The notes under the pieces were generated by a model that ran no database searches, was not told the origin of the DNA, and was given only the letters and a program-made list of their open reading frames with translations. Below are positions 28,805 through 39,027 of a DNA stretch of 64,000 bases, one piece after another (position 1 is the stretch's first letter; every line of letters starts with the position of its first letter). The DNA is from an uncultured delta proteobacterium (GTDB lineage: Bacteria > Myxococcota_A > Polyangia > Polyangiales > Polyangiaceae), in NCBI GenBank assembly GCA_963841435.1, contig CAWJCS010000001.1:320001-384000 (forward strand). Direction: 5' to 3'. The translations under genes and the position numbers were made by a program.

Positions 28805-28917
28805 GCTGCGAGACTCTCGCAATCGTTGGGCCGCCCAGGTCGCCGCTCCGTGGGATCTTGCGCCCGAGGCTCGCTTGACGGAGCGTCGGCGCCGCTCGAC
28901 CTCAGAGAAATCAACCC

Positions 28918-30153
28918 GTGACCCCCCTCCTCCCCATCTTCCTGATTGTCGTGGTCAACGTGCTCGCGCTCACGATCATGCTCCCGCTCTTGCCGTTCTA
29001 CGCCGAGCACTTCGGAGCCACCCCCACCCTGGTAGGCCTGCTCGTCGGAACCTACGCGCTCTGCCAGCTCCTCGCGGGTCCCGTCCTCGGCCAAATCTCG
29101 GACCGCATCGGGCGCAAGCCGGTCCTCGCCCTGAGTCAGGTCGGGACGTTCGCTGGCCTCTTGGTGCTCGCCTGGGCCCCGAATCTCGCCTTCGTCTTCT
29201 TGGGGCGGGTCATCGACGGGCTCACCGCCGGCAATCTCTCGACTGCACAAGCGTACATCGCGGACACCACCCCCCCGAAAGACCGCGCCCGGGCCTTTGC
29301 GTTGATCGGCATTGCGTTCGGCATCGGATTTCTCGTGGGGCCCGGCGCGTCGGGCTACCTCACGCACCATTTCGGCTTCCGTGTCCCCATCCTCGGCGCG
29401 GCGGGCCTCTCGTTCGTGAGCATCCTCGGCACGACGTTCCTCTTGCCGAACGAGTCGGCCATCCGGCAAGGCTCGGGCGGTCCGGCGAGCGGCGCAGCGG
29501 CGGGGCCCGGGGGCCGACGCATTCGCGTGCTCGATTGGGGCTCCTACGTCGTCTTCTTCCGGCGTCCGCTGCTGGGCGCGCTCCTGCTCGAATTCTTCTT
29601 TTTCACGTTCGCGTTCGCGATGTTCACCTCGGGGGCCGCCCTCTTCGCCGAGCGCCGTTTCACCTGGCACGGCGCACCGTTCGGACCGAAGGAAGTCGGG
29701 TACCTGTTCATGTATTCCGGCTTCGTCGGGATCGTCGTCCAGGGGGCGCTGCGCCAGGGCACGCTCGTGCGCAAAGTGCGCGAGCCGCGCTTGCTGCTCG
29801 GGGGATTCATCGGCGCAGCGGCGGGCTACGCACTGCTCGGGGCGGCGCACGGCGTCGGGCTGCTGGTGCTGGCCGCAACCATCGCCTCGGTGGGGACGGG
29901 CCTGCTCCGTCCGGTCTTGACCAGCCTCATCACTCAGCAAGTGGACCGCAACGAGCAGGGTGTCGTGCTCGGCCTGAACCAATCGCTGATGTCCGTTTCT
30001 CAGATCGCGGGTTCGGCGCTGACCGGTGCGCTCATCGACCGGCACTGGCTCACGCCGTGGGCCATGCTGGCTGCGGCCAGCATGCTGGCCGGCGCCCTTT
30101 CGAGCTGGCGAGGCGTTCGCCTCCGTCAGCGTCGGGACGCGGAGACCGCCTGA
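28918..30153 (+). CDS. MFS transporter, TetA/DHA1-like
   Basis: About 12 hydrophobic segments; motif A GQISDRIGRKP; GIGFLVGP antiporter motif. Confidence 0.9.
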   Translation: MTPLLPIFLIVVVNVLALTIMLPLLPFYAEHFGATPTLVGLLVGTYALCQLLAGPVLGQISDRIGRKPVLALSQVGTFAGLLVLAWAPNLAFVFLGRVIDGLTAGNLSTAQAYIADTTPPKDRARAFALIGIAFGIGFLVGPGASGYLTHHFGFRVPILGAAGLSFVSILGTTFLLPNESAIRQGSGGPASGAAAGPGGRRIRVLDWGSYVVFFRRPLLGALLLEFFFFTFAFAMFTSGAALFAERRFTWHGAPFGPKEVGYLFMYSGFVGIVVQGALRQGTLVRKVREPRLLLGGFIGAAAGYALLGAAHGVGLLVLAATIASVGTGLLRPVLTSLITQQVDRNEQGVVLGLNQSLMSVSQIAGSALTGALIDRHWLTPWAMLAAASMLAGALSSWRGVRLRQRRDAETA

Positions 30154-30181
30154 CGGCTCACCCCCCTGAGCGCAGTGTCCG

Positions 30182-30400
30182 TCACATCCGATCCGGATCG
30201 ATGTCCATGGTCTGCCCCGCGTGGAGCTCAGCCAGCGCTTCGTCCGCCAAGTCGCCGAGCGCCGGCCCCGACTGCTCGAACAGCCTGCCCCAGCGCCCTT
30301 CCGATGCCAGCTCCGCCGCCAGCCACTTGGCGATGCGATCCTGCTCCTCCGCCGGAAGCCGCGAAAGCTGCGCGAGCACGCTGTCGAGGGCCTGAGTCAT
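30182..30400 (-). CDS. Orphan antitoxin-like small protein
   Basis: MTQALDSVLAQLSRLPAEEQDRIAKWL..E..W...F.....L..LADEALAE resembles antitoxins that precede RelE/ParE-like toxins; no toxin follows. Confidence 0.6.
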   Translation of the reverse strand: MTQALDSVLAQLSRLPAEEQDRIAKWLAAELASEGRWGRLFEQSGPALGDLADEALAELHAGQTMDIDPDRM

Positions 30401-30638
30401 GAGGAAAAGGTTGCGCCATCGACGGGGGGCAACAAGGTCGCTGAAGGCTTTGATGGCGTCTACCCTCCGAGAGACGACCCGTCTCGGCTCACGGCCACGA
30501 GACCCTGTTGACGACCGAGGGCTCGAAGACGAGGGCTGCCGAGCGCGACGCTCGAGGCGAAACCTCAGGGGCCGAGATCGCTGCAGCACCGGAAGCCGAT
30601 GTTGTCGGCGCGCGTGTCGCGCGTCGTCCAGCAGTTCT

Positions 30639-30663
30639 GAAGGTGAATGTGAATGAAGATCGT
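30639..30663 (-). repeat. (TTCACC)n-like tract, reverse orientation
   Basis: gaaggtgaatgtgaatgaagatcgt on the + strand. Confidence 0.5.
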
Positions 30664-30894
30664 CGATCTGGGTTGCTACTGCGGGGATGGATCCCCCGTG
30701 GGTTGCGGCGAGGGCGAGAGCTGCTGTCTGAACATTGGCTATGTCTGCCACCCCGAAGTTCCCGAGGGCGACCGGTGCCTCGGGGACCCATAGCGTTTCG
30801 CAGATCATCGCGGAGTCTCGAGCGCAGTGTGCGCCGCGGAACGGCTCTCGCAGCCTCATCGACCACGCCGTGCCCTTGGCGTAGACTTGGAATC

Positions 30895-31131
30895 GTGCTG
30901 CTCCCCTTCGACCGAGACCGACTAGCCAAGCGCAACGCAATGGACGACGCGGACGCAGCATGCGCCGTCGCGCACCGCTCCCCTCGGCAAGGCATGCTCG
31001 AGGTTCTCGAGCTCAGTGACGTGGTGCGAAAGCTCGCTCTCGCCGCGGGTTCGGCGCAGCAACCGGTCGAGGATCTGGCGGAGAAGGCGCGCCTGTACGT
31101 CGCCCCGCTCCGCGCGGCCCGAGCAAAATGA
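30895..31131 (+). CDS. Small antitoxin-like protein upstream of a truncated nucleotidyltransferase
   Basis: VLLPFDRDRLAKRN...LELSDVVRKLA...; TAGACT -10-like hexamer just upstream; ATGA overlap with the next ORF. Confidence 0.5.
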   Translation: MLLPFDRDRLAKRNAMDDADAACAVAHRSPRQGMLEVLELSDVVRKLALAAGSAQQPVEDLAEKARLYVAPLRAARAK

Positions 31132-31212
31132 CCCTGGCACTCGAGCGCGCGCTGACGGCGGCGATCGACGCGCTGGACGCGCTCGGGCTTCGCTACGCCA
31201 TCGTGGGCGGGC
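31128..31212 (+). pseudogene. N-terminal fragment of a nucleotidyltransferase-like protein
   Basis: MTLALERALTAAIDALDALGLRYAIVGG is a typical NTase start (Y-x-I-V-GG); interrupted by the convergent DoxX gene. Confidence 0.55.
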
Positions 31213-31222
31213 CCTCGCACAC

Positions 31223-31678
31223 TCACGAACGCGCGCCGAGCATGGGGCGGTAAGCGCTGCGGTGCTTCCAGGCGAGCGTGAGCTCGAGGGCGAGCAGCAC
31301 GAGCGCGAGCCCGAGGCCCGAGGGCGCGAGGAACGCGTGGAAGAGAACGATGTTGACCATGACGGGCGCGAGGAGCGCGAGCGCGAGCGGTACGAAGCGG
31401 TTCGTCAAGAGCAGCGCGCCGACCAGCACCTCCGTGCCCTTCACGAGCTGGAACATGTAGCCGGTTCCGACGAGGGCGCTCGCGAACGCAACGGAGCCCT
31501 GGGGCATCGTGCTCGGATCCGGTTTCGGGACGAAATTCAGGAAGCCATCGAGCCCGAAGCCGAAGAACACGAGTCCGAGCAAGACTCGCGCGACCGTCGG
31601 CGCGTGACGCCGGAACGTGATCGCCCGGTTGAACGTGGGCGTGGCGAGGGCTGAGCCCCCGAGCGAGGCAGAGTGCAT
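31223..31678 (-). CDS. DoxX family membrane protein
   Basis: [17 protein letters not shown]...[33 protein letters not shown]. Confidence 0.85.
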   Translation of the reverse strand: MHSASLGGSALATPTFNRAITFRRHAPTVARVLLGLVFFGFGLDGFLNFVPKPDPSTMPQGSVAFASALVGTGYMFQLVKGTEVLVGALLLTNRFVPLALALLAPVMVNIVLFHAFLAPSGLGLALVLLALELTLAWKHRSAYRPMLGARS

Positions 31679-31724
31679 GATTTTTTCTCCGGGTTGTGCC
31701 GAGCGTGTCGGCGTTCAACCAGGC

Positions 31725-31751
31725 GACGAACGGGCGGCTCCCAGAACGACA
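31725..31751 (-). promoter_or_regulatory. Possible ECF-type promoter of the DoxX gene
   Basis: TGTCG-N18-CGTC on the minus strand, ~50 bp upstream of the ORF. Confidence 0.3.
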
Positions 31752-31895
31752 CGCGGCGCGAAGATTTTTTCGATAGTTCACAACCCCCGGAAATCATTGC
31801 GGGCGACACGCGATGCCGATCGCGTCTCGCATGGGATCGTGAAGGTGACCCCGCGGAGGATTGACGCGCCGGCGGGGGCGGGCGACGCGCGCGGG

Positions 31896-33282
31896 ATGTC
31901 CCGGGTCGGTCGCAACGAGCCGTGTCCTTGTGGGAGCGGCAAGAAATACAAGCATTGCCACGGGCGGACGGAACCGGAAGCCGCGGGCGAGTTGGTCGTT
32001 GCCATGCGCTCGCACGAGCTCGACCGCAGGCTCGTCGAACGGCTGCTGCGCTTCGCTTCCCGGGAGTTCGGCAGCGACTGGTTCGCGCAGCTGCTCGATG
32101 TCCTGGAAATGGACGACATGGACGAAGCGATGGCGCAACTGCTCGTCCCGTGCGCCATTTACGAGTGGGCGTCGGACGACGGGACCCTGGTCGAGCTCTT
32201 CCTCGAGTCATCGCCGCGCGGACTCTCGGCACAGGAGCGCGGCTGGCTCGACGCGCAGACGCGCTCCTGGCTCTCGGTCTGGGAGGTTCAGCGGGTCACG
32301 CCTGGGCTCGAGGTGCTCGTGCGCGACCTTTTCACGGGCGAAGAGCGGCGCGTGCTGGAGCAGAAGGGGTCGGTCGACCTGTCCCCGCGCGACGCGTTGC
32401 TCGCGCGCGTGGTCGATTTCGAGGGGCTGTCGCTGTTCTGTGGCATGCACTCGCGCGTGCTTCCGCCGCGCCTGGCGGCCGACGTTCGTGAGTGTCATCC
32501 GCCGGGTGTCGCGCCTGCGCACCAAGAAGCTTTCGGCTGCGCAGCTTCGCAGCAAGGTGCCGCTCGAAGGCTGGATTTTCACCTGGGAGAGCGCGGTCGA
32601 GCAACACGACGCCTCGCGTTCGGTGTTGCCGCAGTTGGCGAACACGGACGGCGATCCGTTGCTGCTCACCAAAGATCGCTTCCAGCTCGAACCACGCGAC
32701 CGGGGCAAGGTCGAGAGTGAGCTCGGCCGGCTTGCCGACGCTGGCGAGCACGACGGGGACGCGGGCGCCGAGCGCTCGTACACGTTCCACCGCCCCGGCA
32801 ACGCCATGAACGCAGGCTGGGACAACACCATCGTCGGGCGCGCCGTCGTCAGGCAGAAGGAGCTCTTGCTCGAGACGAACTCGGTGCGTCGCGCGGACGA
32901 TCTGCGCGCCCGTGTGGAGGCGGCACTCGGGCCGCTCGTGCGGTATCGCATCCGGGAGCACGAAGATCCGCAGGCGATGCTTCGAGGGCAGCTCGAGAGC
33001 GGGGAGACGAAGCCTCGGCGCGACGAGGCGCAACCGCCCGAGCTCCTCGAGGCGCTCCGATCGTTCAAGGAGCAGCACCTCAAGGGTTGGCTCGACTCGC
33101 CGATACCGGCGCTCGGTGGCCTGACGCCGCGCCAGGCGGCGATGAAGCCGCGCAAGCGCCAGCAAGTCGAGCTCCTGCTAAAGGAGATCGAAAACCAGGA
33201 GAGCCGCGCCCCCGCGGCCCAGCGCATCGACGCCTCGGTGCTGTGGAAGGAGCTCGGGCTCGAAGGCGGACGCGGCGGCTGA
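31896..33282 (+). CDS. SEC-C motif protein with C-terminal DUF2384/MbcA-like domain; one frameshift near 32485
   Basis: [18 protein letters not shown] at the N-terminus; [17 protein letters not shown] at the C-terminus in the next frame. Confidence 0.8.
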
Positions 33283-33348
33283 ACCGGCGCTCGGTGCAGG
33301 CCGCGCGGGCGGCCGTCATCGCGCCGCGTGTGCTAATCTGCGCGGGTC

Positions 33349-33582
33349 ATGGGCGAGCTTGCGAAGCGCCGCGCAACGTACGAAGACGTTGCTGTCCCCA
33401 TTGACGCGCGCGAGGGGGTGAAACACGTGTGGTTGGTGGACCCCGGCGTGCGCACGCTCGAGGTGCTGCGTCTCGATGGCCCGAGCGACCGCATCGTGAC
33501 GACGGTGCGCAGCGAGGCGCGCGTGCGCGCCGAGCCCTTCGACGCATTGGAGATCGAGCTCGGTCTGCTCTGGGCAACGTGA
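33349..33582 (+). pseudogene. Internally deleted Uma2 (DUF820) endonuclease relic
   Basis: Start MGELAKRRATYEDV is joined directly to the C-terminal REGVKHVWLVDP..RTLEV...AEPFDALEIEL; the catalytic PD...EV.S core is missing. Confidence 0.75.
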
Positions 33583-33716
33583 GAGCGCTGGCCGCGGCGG
33601 TTGCCTTCGTTGCCGCCGTTGCGTGCGGCCGCTCCATCGACCCCGAACGCCTGGCTGACGACACTCGGAGGCTCGGCCTTCCATGCCGCGATGGCTCGGA
33701 CCTGCTCGGTCCCGTA

Positions 33717-33783
33717 GTCAACCTCCCCCTCCACCCAATCCCCCTTCACCTCCACCCCATCCCCTCCGACCTTCACCACCCCC
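33717..33783 (+). repeat. Pyrimidine-rich (TTCACC/TCCACC)n-like tract
   Basis: gtcaacctccccctccacccaatcccccttcacctccaccccatcccctccgaccttcaccacc. Confidence 0.65.
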
Positions 33784-33789
33784 GCTGCT

Positions 33790-34272
33790 TCACCGCACCG
33801 CGGCCTTCACGAGCGCTCTAATGCGTGCCTCGGCGGCGGCGTTGAGCTCCTTCAACGCGAAGGCGGTGGGCCACATGCTGCCGTCGTCGAGGTTCGCGCG
33901 GTCGCTGAAGCCGAGCGTTGCGTACCTCGTTTTGAACTTCTTCGCGCTCTGGAAGAAGCAGACGACCTTGCCGTCTTTGGCGTAGGCGGGCATTCCGTAC
34001 CAGGTCGTCGGCGAGAGGGCCGGTGCACTGGCTTTGACGATGGCGTGGATCCGCCCGGCCATCTTGCGATCGGGCTCGGGTAGCTCGGCGATCTTTTCCA
34101 GCAGGTCGCTTTCCGCGTTGCCCGAGCGCCGGCGACGCGAGGCCGCCTCGAGCTCCTCGGCACGCTCTCTCATCGCTGCGCGTTCTTCGTCCGAGAATCG
34201 GCCGGACGCCTTGCCCGTGGCGCGCTTGGCGGCCCGCTGCGTGGCCTTCTTGGCAGGTTTCTTCTCGACCAT
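33790..34272 (-). CDS. DUF1801 (YdhG-like) domain protein
   Basis: [56 protein letters not shown]. Confidence 0.9.
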   Translation of the reverse strand: MVEKKPAKKATQRAAKRATGKASGRFSDEERAAMRERAEELEAASRRRRSGNAESDLLEKIAELPEPDRKMAGRIHAIVKASAPALSPTTWYGMPAYAKDGKVVCFFQSAKKFKTRYATLGFSDRANLDDGSMWPTAFALKELNAAAEARIRALVKAAVR

Positions 34273-34387
34273 CGTCTCCTCTTTCACGGTGCCGTCGGTG
34301 CAGCTCGTTGCGCGCCGGGATTGTATGTCCTTTCGTTCGCTGCTTCCATCGGCCGGCGTCATGGCGCGAGAGCTTTTCCTTGCTGCC

Positions 34388-34633
34388 CGGTCTGCTCTGG
34401 GCAATGGGGGAGCGCTGGCCGCGGCGGTAGGGGTCTTTGAAGGTGGAGGTGGATGTGAACGGGGATCGTGGAAGTGAAAGGGGATCGTGATGGAAGACGG
34501 GCGAAGCCGACCGGTGTGCGCCGCGGAACGGCTCTCGCAGCCTCATCGACCACGCCGTTCTCGAGCTCAGTGAGGTGGTGCGAAAGCTCGCTCTCGCCGC
34601 GGGTTCGGCGCAGCAAACGGTCGAGGATCTGGC
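34388..34633 (+). repeat. Mosaic of duplicated local fragments
   Basis: 34388-34428 copies 33561-33601 (3 mismatches). 34439-34499 is a purine-rich tract. 34514-34558 is identical to 30827-30871. 34559-34633 copies 31005-31079 (2 mismatches). Confidence 0.9.
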
Positions 34634-37600
34634 TCAGGGTTGGCTGGTGGGCGGCGTGGTCTTGCCGTTGTCGCTCGCGCCCCAGCAGGCCACGGTGTCG
34701 TCGCTGCGAATGGCGCAGGCGTAGTCGTCTCCCACCGCCAGCGATTTGAAGGTTCCGCTCGGTGGGACGCTTGCGCCGCTGCCGGTCCTCCCCCAACACA
34801 CCAGCGCGTCGCTGCTCGAGATGGCGCAACCGAAGCTGTCTCCTAGCTGAAGCGTCTTGTAGGTGCCGGTCGGCGGGACGAAGTATCCGAAATCGTTCGT
34901 GCCCCAGCAGGAGATGGTGGAGTCCGTGAGCAGGCCGCAGCTCGCACGGAAGCCGCTGTCGACGGCCAAGAACTGGCTCGTCGGCGGAGTGAGCTCGCCG
35001 TAAAGGTTGCTGCCGCCCCAGCAGGTCACCGTCATGTCGCTCTTCAGCGCGCACTGGTGGTAGGCACCCGGCGCCGCCGCGAGGAACGTTCCGGTCGGGA
35101 CGGGGGTCGCGGCCCTGGCCCAACAGGCGAGCGCGTCGGTGGTGGTCAGGACACCGCACGACGCGTTCAACGTGGTGGAGATTTGCTTGAACGCGCCCGA
35201 GGGCGGCTGCGTCTGGCCGACGTTGTTGAGACCCCAGCAGGTGACGGTGCCGTCCGTGCGCCGGGCGCAGCTGTGGTGGTACCCGGAGGTGACTTCCGAG
35301 AAGGTTCCGGACGGGGGCGTGGATTCGCCGGCGAGGTTCGCCCCCCAGCAGCGAATCGTTCCGTCGTCTTGGAGGCCGCACGCGTGGACCTGTCCGGCCG
35401 AGAGCTGGACGAACTTGCGCTCGCAGTTCGTGCCGTTGATGCCCGTGGGACAGGTGCACGTGTAGCCCGGGAAGGTCGGCGTGCACGTGCCGCCGTTCAC
35501 GCAAGGGTCGGGATTGCAGTCGAGGGCGACGCAAGCCGTGTCGCCGGTTCCACCGTAGCCCGGCGGACAGGCGCCGCAGATGCGTCCGTTCGGATCGTTG
35601 GTGCAGGTGACGAGCGGATCGCAGCCACCGTTGTCAACGGCGCAGTCGTCGGCGTAGCAAACGGAGTAACCGTCCCCGACGTAGCCCGGCGGGCAGGAGC
35701 CGCAGGTATGTCCTCCCGGCTCGTTGTTGCACGCGGCGAGCGGGTCGCAGCCGCCATGGTTCGTCTGGCACTCGTCGATGTCGGTGCAGCCGGACGCGCC
35801 GGTCCCCGAGTAACCGGGCGGGCAGGGCCCGCAGATGGCGCCCGTTTGGCCCACGACGCAAAGAGTCAGCGGATCGCAGTTGCCACTGCCGGTTGCGCAT
35901 TTGACCCACTCGGTCGCGCCCACGTCCGGCGTCGCGTCGCGCGGCATCGAGCCCGCGTCGTACGTTGGAGCCCCCGTCGGCGTGCCGGTGTCAACGCAGG
36001 GCCACGGCGCTTGCGTCGAGCAGACGCCCGAGAAGTTCGAAGCCGCCCCGGAGAGCGCATTGATGGCCGCCACGGACGACAGGAGGGTCGTGCCTTCGTC
36101 CTGGTAGCTCGGCCCGACGAAGTCGTTGTTCTCGAGGGCGGCCGGGTCGGAGCTCGCATTTTGCTCGAGCAGGTTGTAGGCGCAGCCGGTGAGGATGTTG
36201 TTGCGCACCGTGCTGCCCGAGCCGCTCAGCCGGATGGCCGCGTTGTCGCCCGTGCAGACCCCGGAGCTGATGGTGTTCGAGTGGATGTCGGTGTTCGGGC
36301 CAGCCTGGAGGCCGTAGCTCTTGCTCGGCAGATCGATCTCGTACGGATTGCCCGGAGCGGTCGTGGGAGCGGATCGCCCCGAGATGAAGTTGTTCTGGAC
36401 GCGCGAGCCGCTCGTGATGAGCCCCACGCCGGTGTCGGCCCAGCCGAGGTCGATCGAGTTCCGATCGATGAGGACGGCGCCGAGGCTCATCCCGATCGCG
36501 TTGTAGTACGTGGAGCGAGGGCCGCCGATCGTGTAGGGGTAGTTGCCGCCAAGCAGCCATGCGGTGTTTCCCGAGACCTCGTCGCAGCCTTGGCAATAGA
36601 TCCCCATCGAGGTGCCGGCATTGCCGATGGTGTTGTTGCTGTGCTCGATCTGCACGTCGTTGTCGAGAATCGTGCACGAGCCGCTGCAGCTGATGCCGGT
36701 CTCGTCGACGCGCGCGGTCGTCCCCGCCCCCACGACGTCGATCAGAACCTGATTGTTCTCGATGGCCAACTGTCCGCCGCTCGCCCCGATGCCATCGAGG
36801 TAGCCGCCGTAGCCCGTGACCTTGATCGCGTTGTTCGAGAGCGCAACGCTGCCGGTTCCATAAAGCTCGATCCCCGTCGAGGAGTCGCCGGCGTTCAGGG
36901 TAATCGTCATGCCGTCGACGCTCACGCCGTCGGCGTCACCCCCGATCTGGGCTCCCACCGCGGAGTACTCGCCGTCGGTATCCGTGTCGCGCGTGACCGT
37001 GATGCTCGAGCCCTCGATCAGCGACCCGGGTGAGTCCGAAAGCTCGATGCCGACCACCGGACCAATCTCGATGTACTCGGCCACGCTAGATTGGGACACG
37101 GTCATGCGGGACTGGGCGGAGCGCACGCCGACGGCATTCCAGCCCTCGAGGCTGAGCAAGCGCACGTCACACTGCGTGAGGGTCGCGTCGCCACCGTTCA
37201 GCACGTCCACCCCGAACCTGCTCGCCGACTGCACGAGATTCACGTCCGTGACGACGAGGTCGTTCAAGGTGACGCCCGAGGCGCCGTTAACGGTGACGCC
37301 GGTCGTCGTGGCCGCATCGAGCAGCTCGATGGTGAAGCCGTCGAGCGTGGTCGCTTGCGTGATGCCCGAACCGAACAGCACGCCCGTGGCCGTCGTCGGC
37401 GAAAGCGTGGTGGTGGACAGGGCGCAGCGCCCCCACGTCGTCGACTCGTACGCGCCGTAGACGCCGATGCCGTCGCGCATCGTCAGATCCGCGCCCGTCG
37501 GCCCGGGATACGAGTGGCTCGCACCGCAAGCCGCGCCCGCCGCGACGCAAACGTTCGTCGCGACCTCGGGGTACGCCGCTGCGAAATCGATGGCGGCCTG

Positions 37601-38777
37601 CACGGACGCGAACGGAGAAAGACCGTGGCTCGTGGTGCCGAGCGCATCGTCGCCACTCGGGTCAACCTTCACGCAGGGGCACTGGGTGCCGGGGTCACCG
37701 GTGCACACCTCGGCGACGCAGCCCGTGGCGCCGTCACCCGTGTAGCCTGGCGGGCAAGCGCTGCACGTGAACGCGCCCGGCGTGTTGGTGCAGGTGGTGA
37801 GCGGGTCACAGTCGCCGCTGTTCACCAGGCACTCGTCGACGTCCTCACAGGAGAGCGGATCGCCGATCGGCTGGCCGTAGCCGGCGTCGCACTGACAGGC
37901 CGGCACACCCTGCACGGCCACGCACACGCCGTGCCCGTCGCAGCTCTCGGACGCACACGGATCGACCGAGCCGCCGGTGCCGCCCGTGCCGCCGGTACCG
38001 CCCAAGGTGCCGCCCGTGCCGCCGCTACCGCCCGTGCTGCCGCCGGTGCCGCCCAAGCTCCCACCGGTGCCGCCGGTGCTGCCGCCGCGTGCCGCCCGTG
38101 CCGCCCAAAGTGCCGCCGCTACCGCCCGTGCTGCCGCCCGTGCCGCCCGTGGTGCCGCCGGTGCCGCCCGTGCTGCCGCCCGTGCCGCCCGTGCTGCCGC
38201 CGGTACCGCCCGTCGTGTCGCTCTCTCCGCCGGCACCGGCTTCACCGGCGTTCCCGATGCCGCCTTCGCCGCCGCCTCCGGTGCCGGAGCTTCCCGTCGA
38301 GCCGGCGTTGGCTCCCGTGCCCGACGTTCCACCATCGGTGCTCGTTCCACCGGAACCGCCGCTACCGGGCGGAGCACCGCCGCTGCCTGGCGGAACACCA
38401 CCGCCGGTCCCTCCGTCCCCTCCGCTGCCTCCCGTCGTCTGGTTGCCGGCGCTGCCTCCGTTCGAGCCGCCGCTGCCCCCGCCGACCCCACTCCCGCCCC
38501 CGAGCTCGGAACCGCCGGTCCCCGCCTGTCCACCCATGCCCATCTCGCCCGCCTCGCCGGACTCACCGGCGCTGCCCGCGTGAGCAGCCGCGCCCGCCGC
38601 TCCGCCCCGCCCTCCGGTCGGCGGCGGGGGCGCGTCATCGTCACCACCGCAGGCCGAGATGGACGAAAGCACCAGAACCGCGGGCAGAACCAGCCGCCGG
38701 AGCACCGAAGTGGGCGACACCGCGGCCGCGGGAGCGTCCGGACCAGTTCGAGGCGAGGCGGGCGGTCGTGAGCGCAT
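34634..38777 (-). CDS. Large surface lipoprotein: Gly/Thr linker, EGF-like repeats, beta-helix-like region, RCC1-like repeats; one frameshift near 38088
   Basis: ISACGG lipobox; GGTGG linker; CEDVDEC/CTDIDEC...CPPGY EGF units; C-terminal HAC/CWG RCC1-like repeats. Confidence 0.8.
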
Positions 38778-38919
38778 TAGGCCTTCTCTCCGTTGTCGCG
38801 AGGGCGCGTGGGTGATCAGACCGAACGCCCTTTTCTCCTCATTCCCGCAAGAGCCGCCACTCAGCGGCTCCTGGGAGCTAAGCCGCTAATTTACCACGCC
38901 GCCTCCCCCGCGTCCTTTC

Positions 38920-39003
38920 TCCCTTTTACCTTCACCCCATCCCACTTTCACCGCCCCCCCTTCACTTTCACCTCCCACCTTTCACTTTCACCTCCCACCT
39001 TCT
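38920..39003 (+). repeat. Pyrimidine-rich (TTCACC/TTCACT)n tract
   Basis: Contains two tandem ~20-bp ttcactttcacctcccacct units plus further ttcacc hexamers. Confidence 0.75.
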
Positions 39004-39027
39004 TCCGGCAGCCCTCTCCGACGCCCC

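Noticed and set aside
28918..30153. Tetracycline resistance gene tetA
   Set aside because: Only family-level MFS motifs, no adjacent tetR; substrate cannot be assigned.
24395..34633. Integron cassette array
   Set aside because: Genes lie in mixed orientations, and I found no integrase and no convincing attC (RYYYAAC...GTTRRRY) structures.
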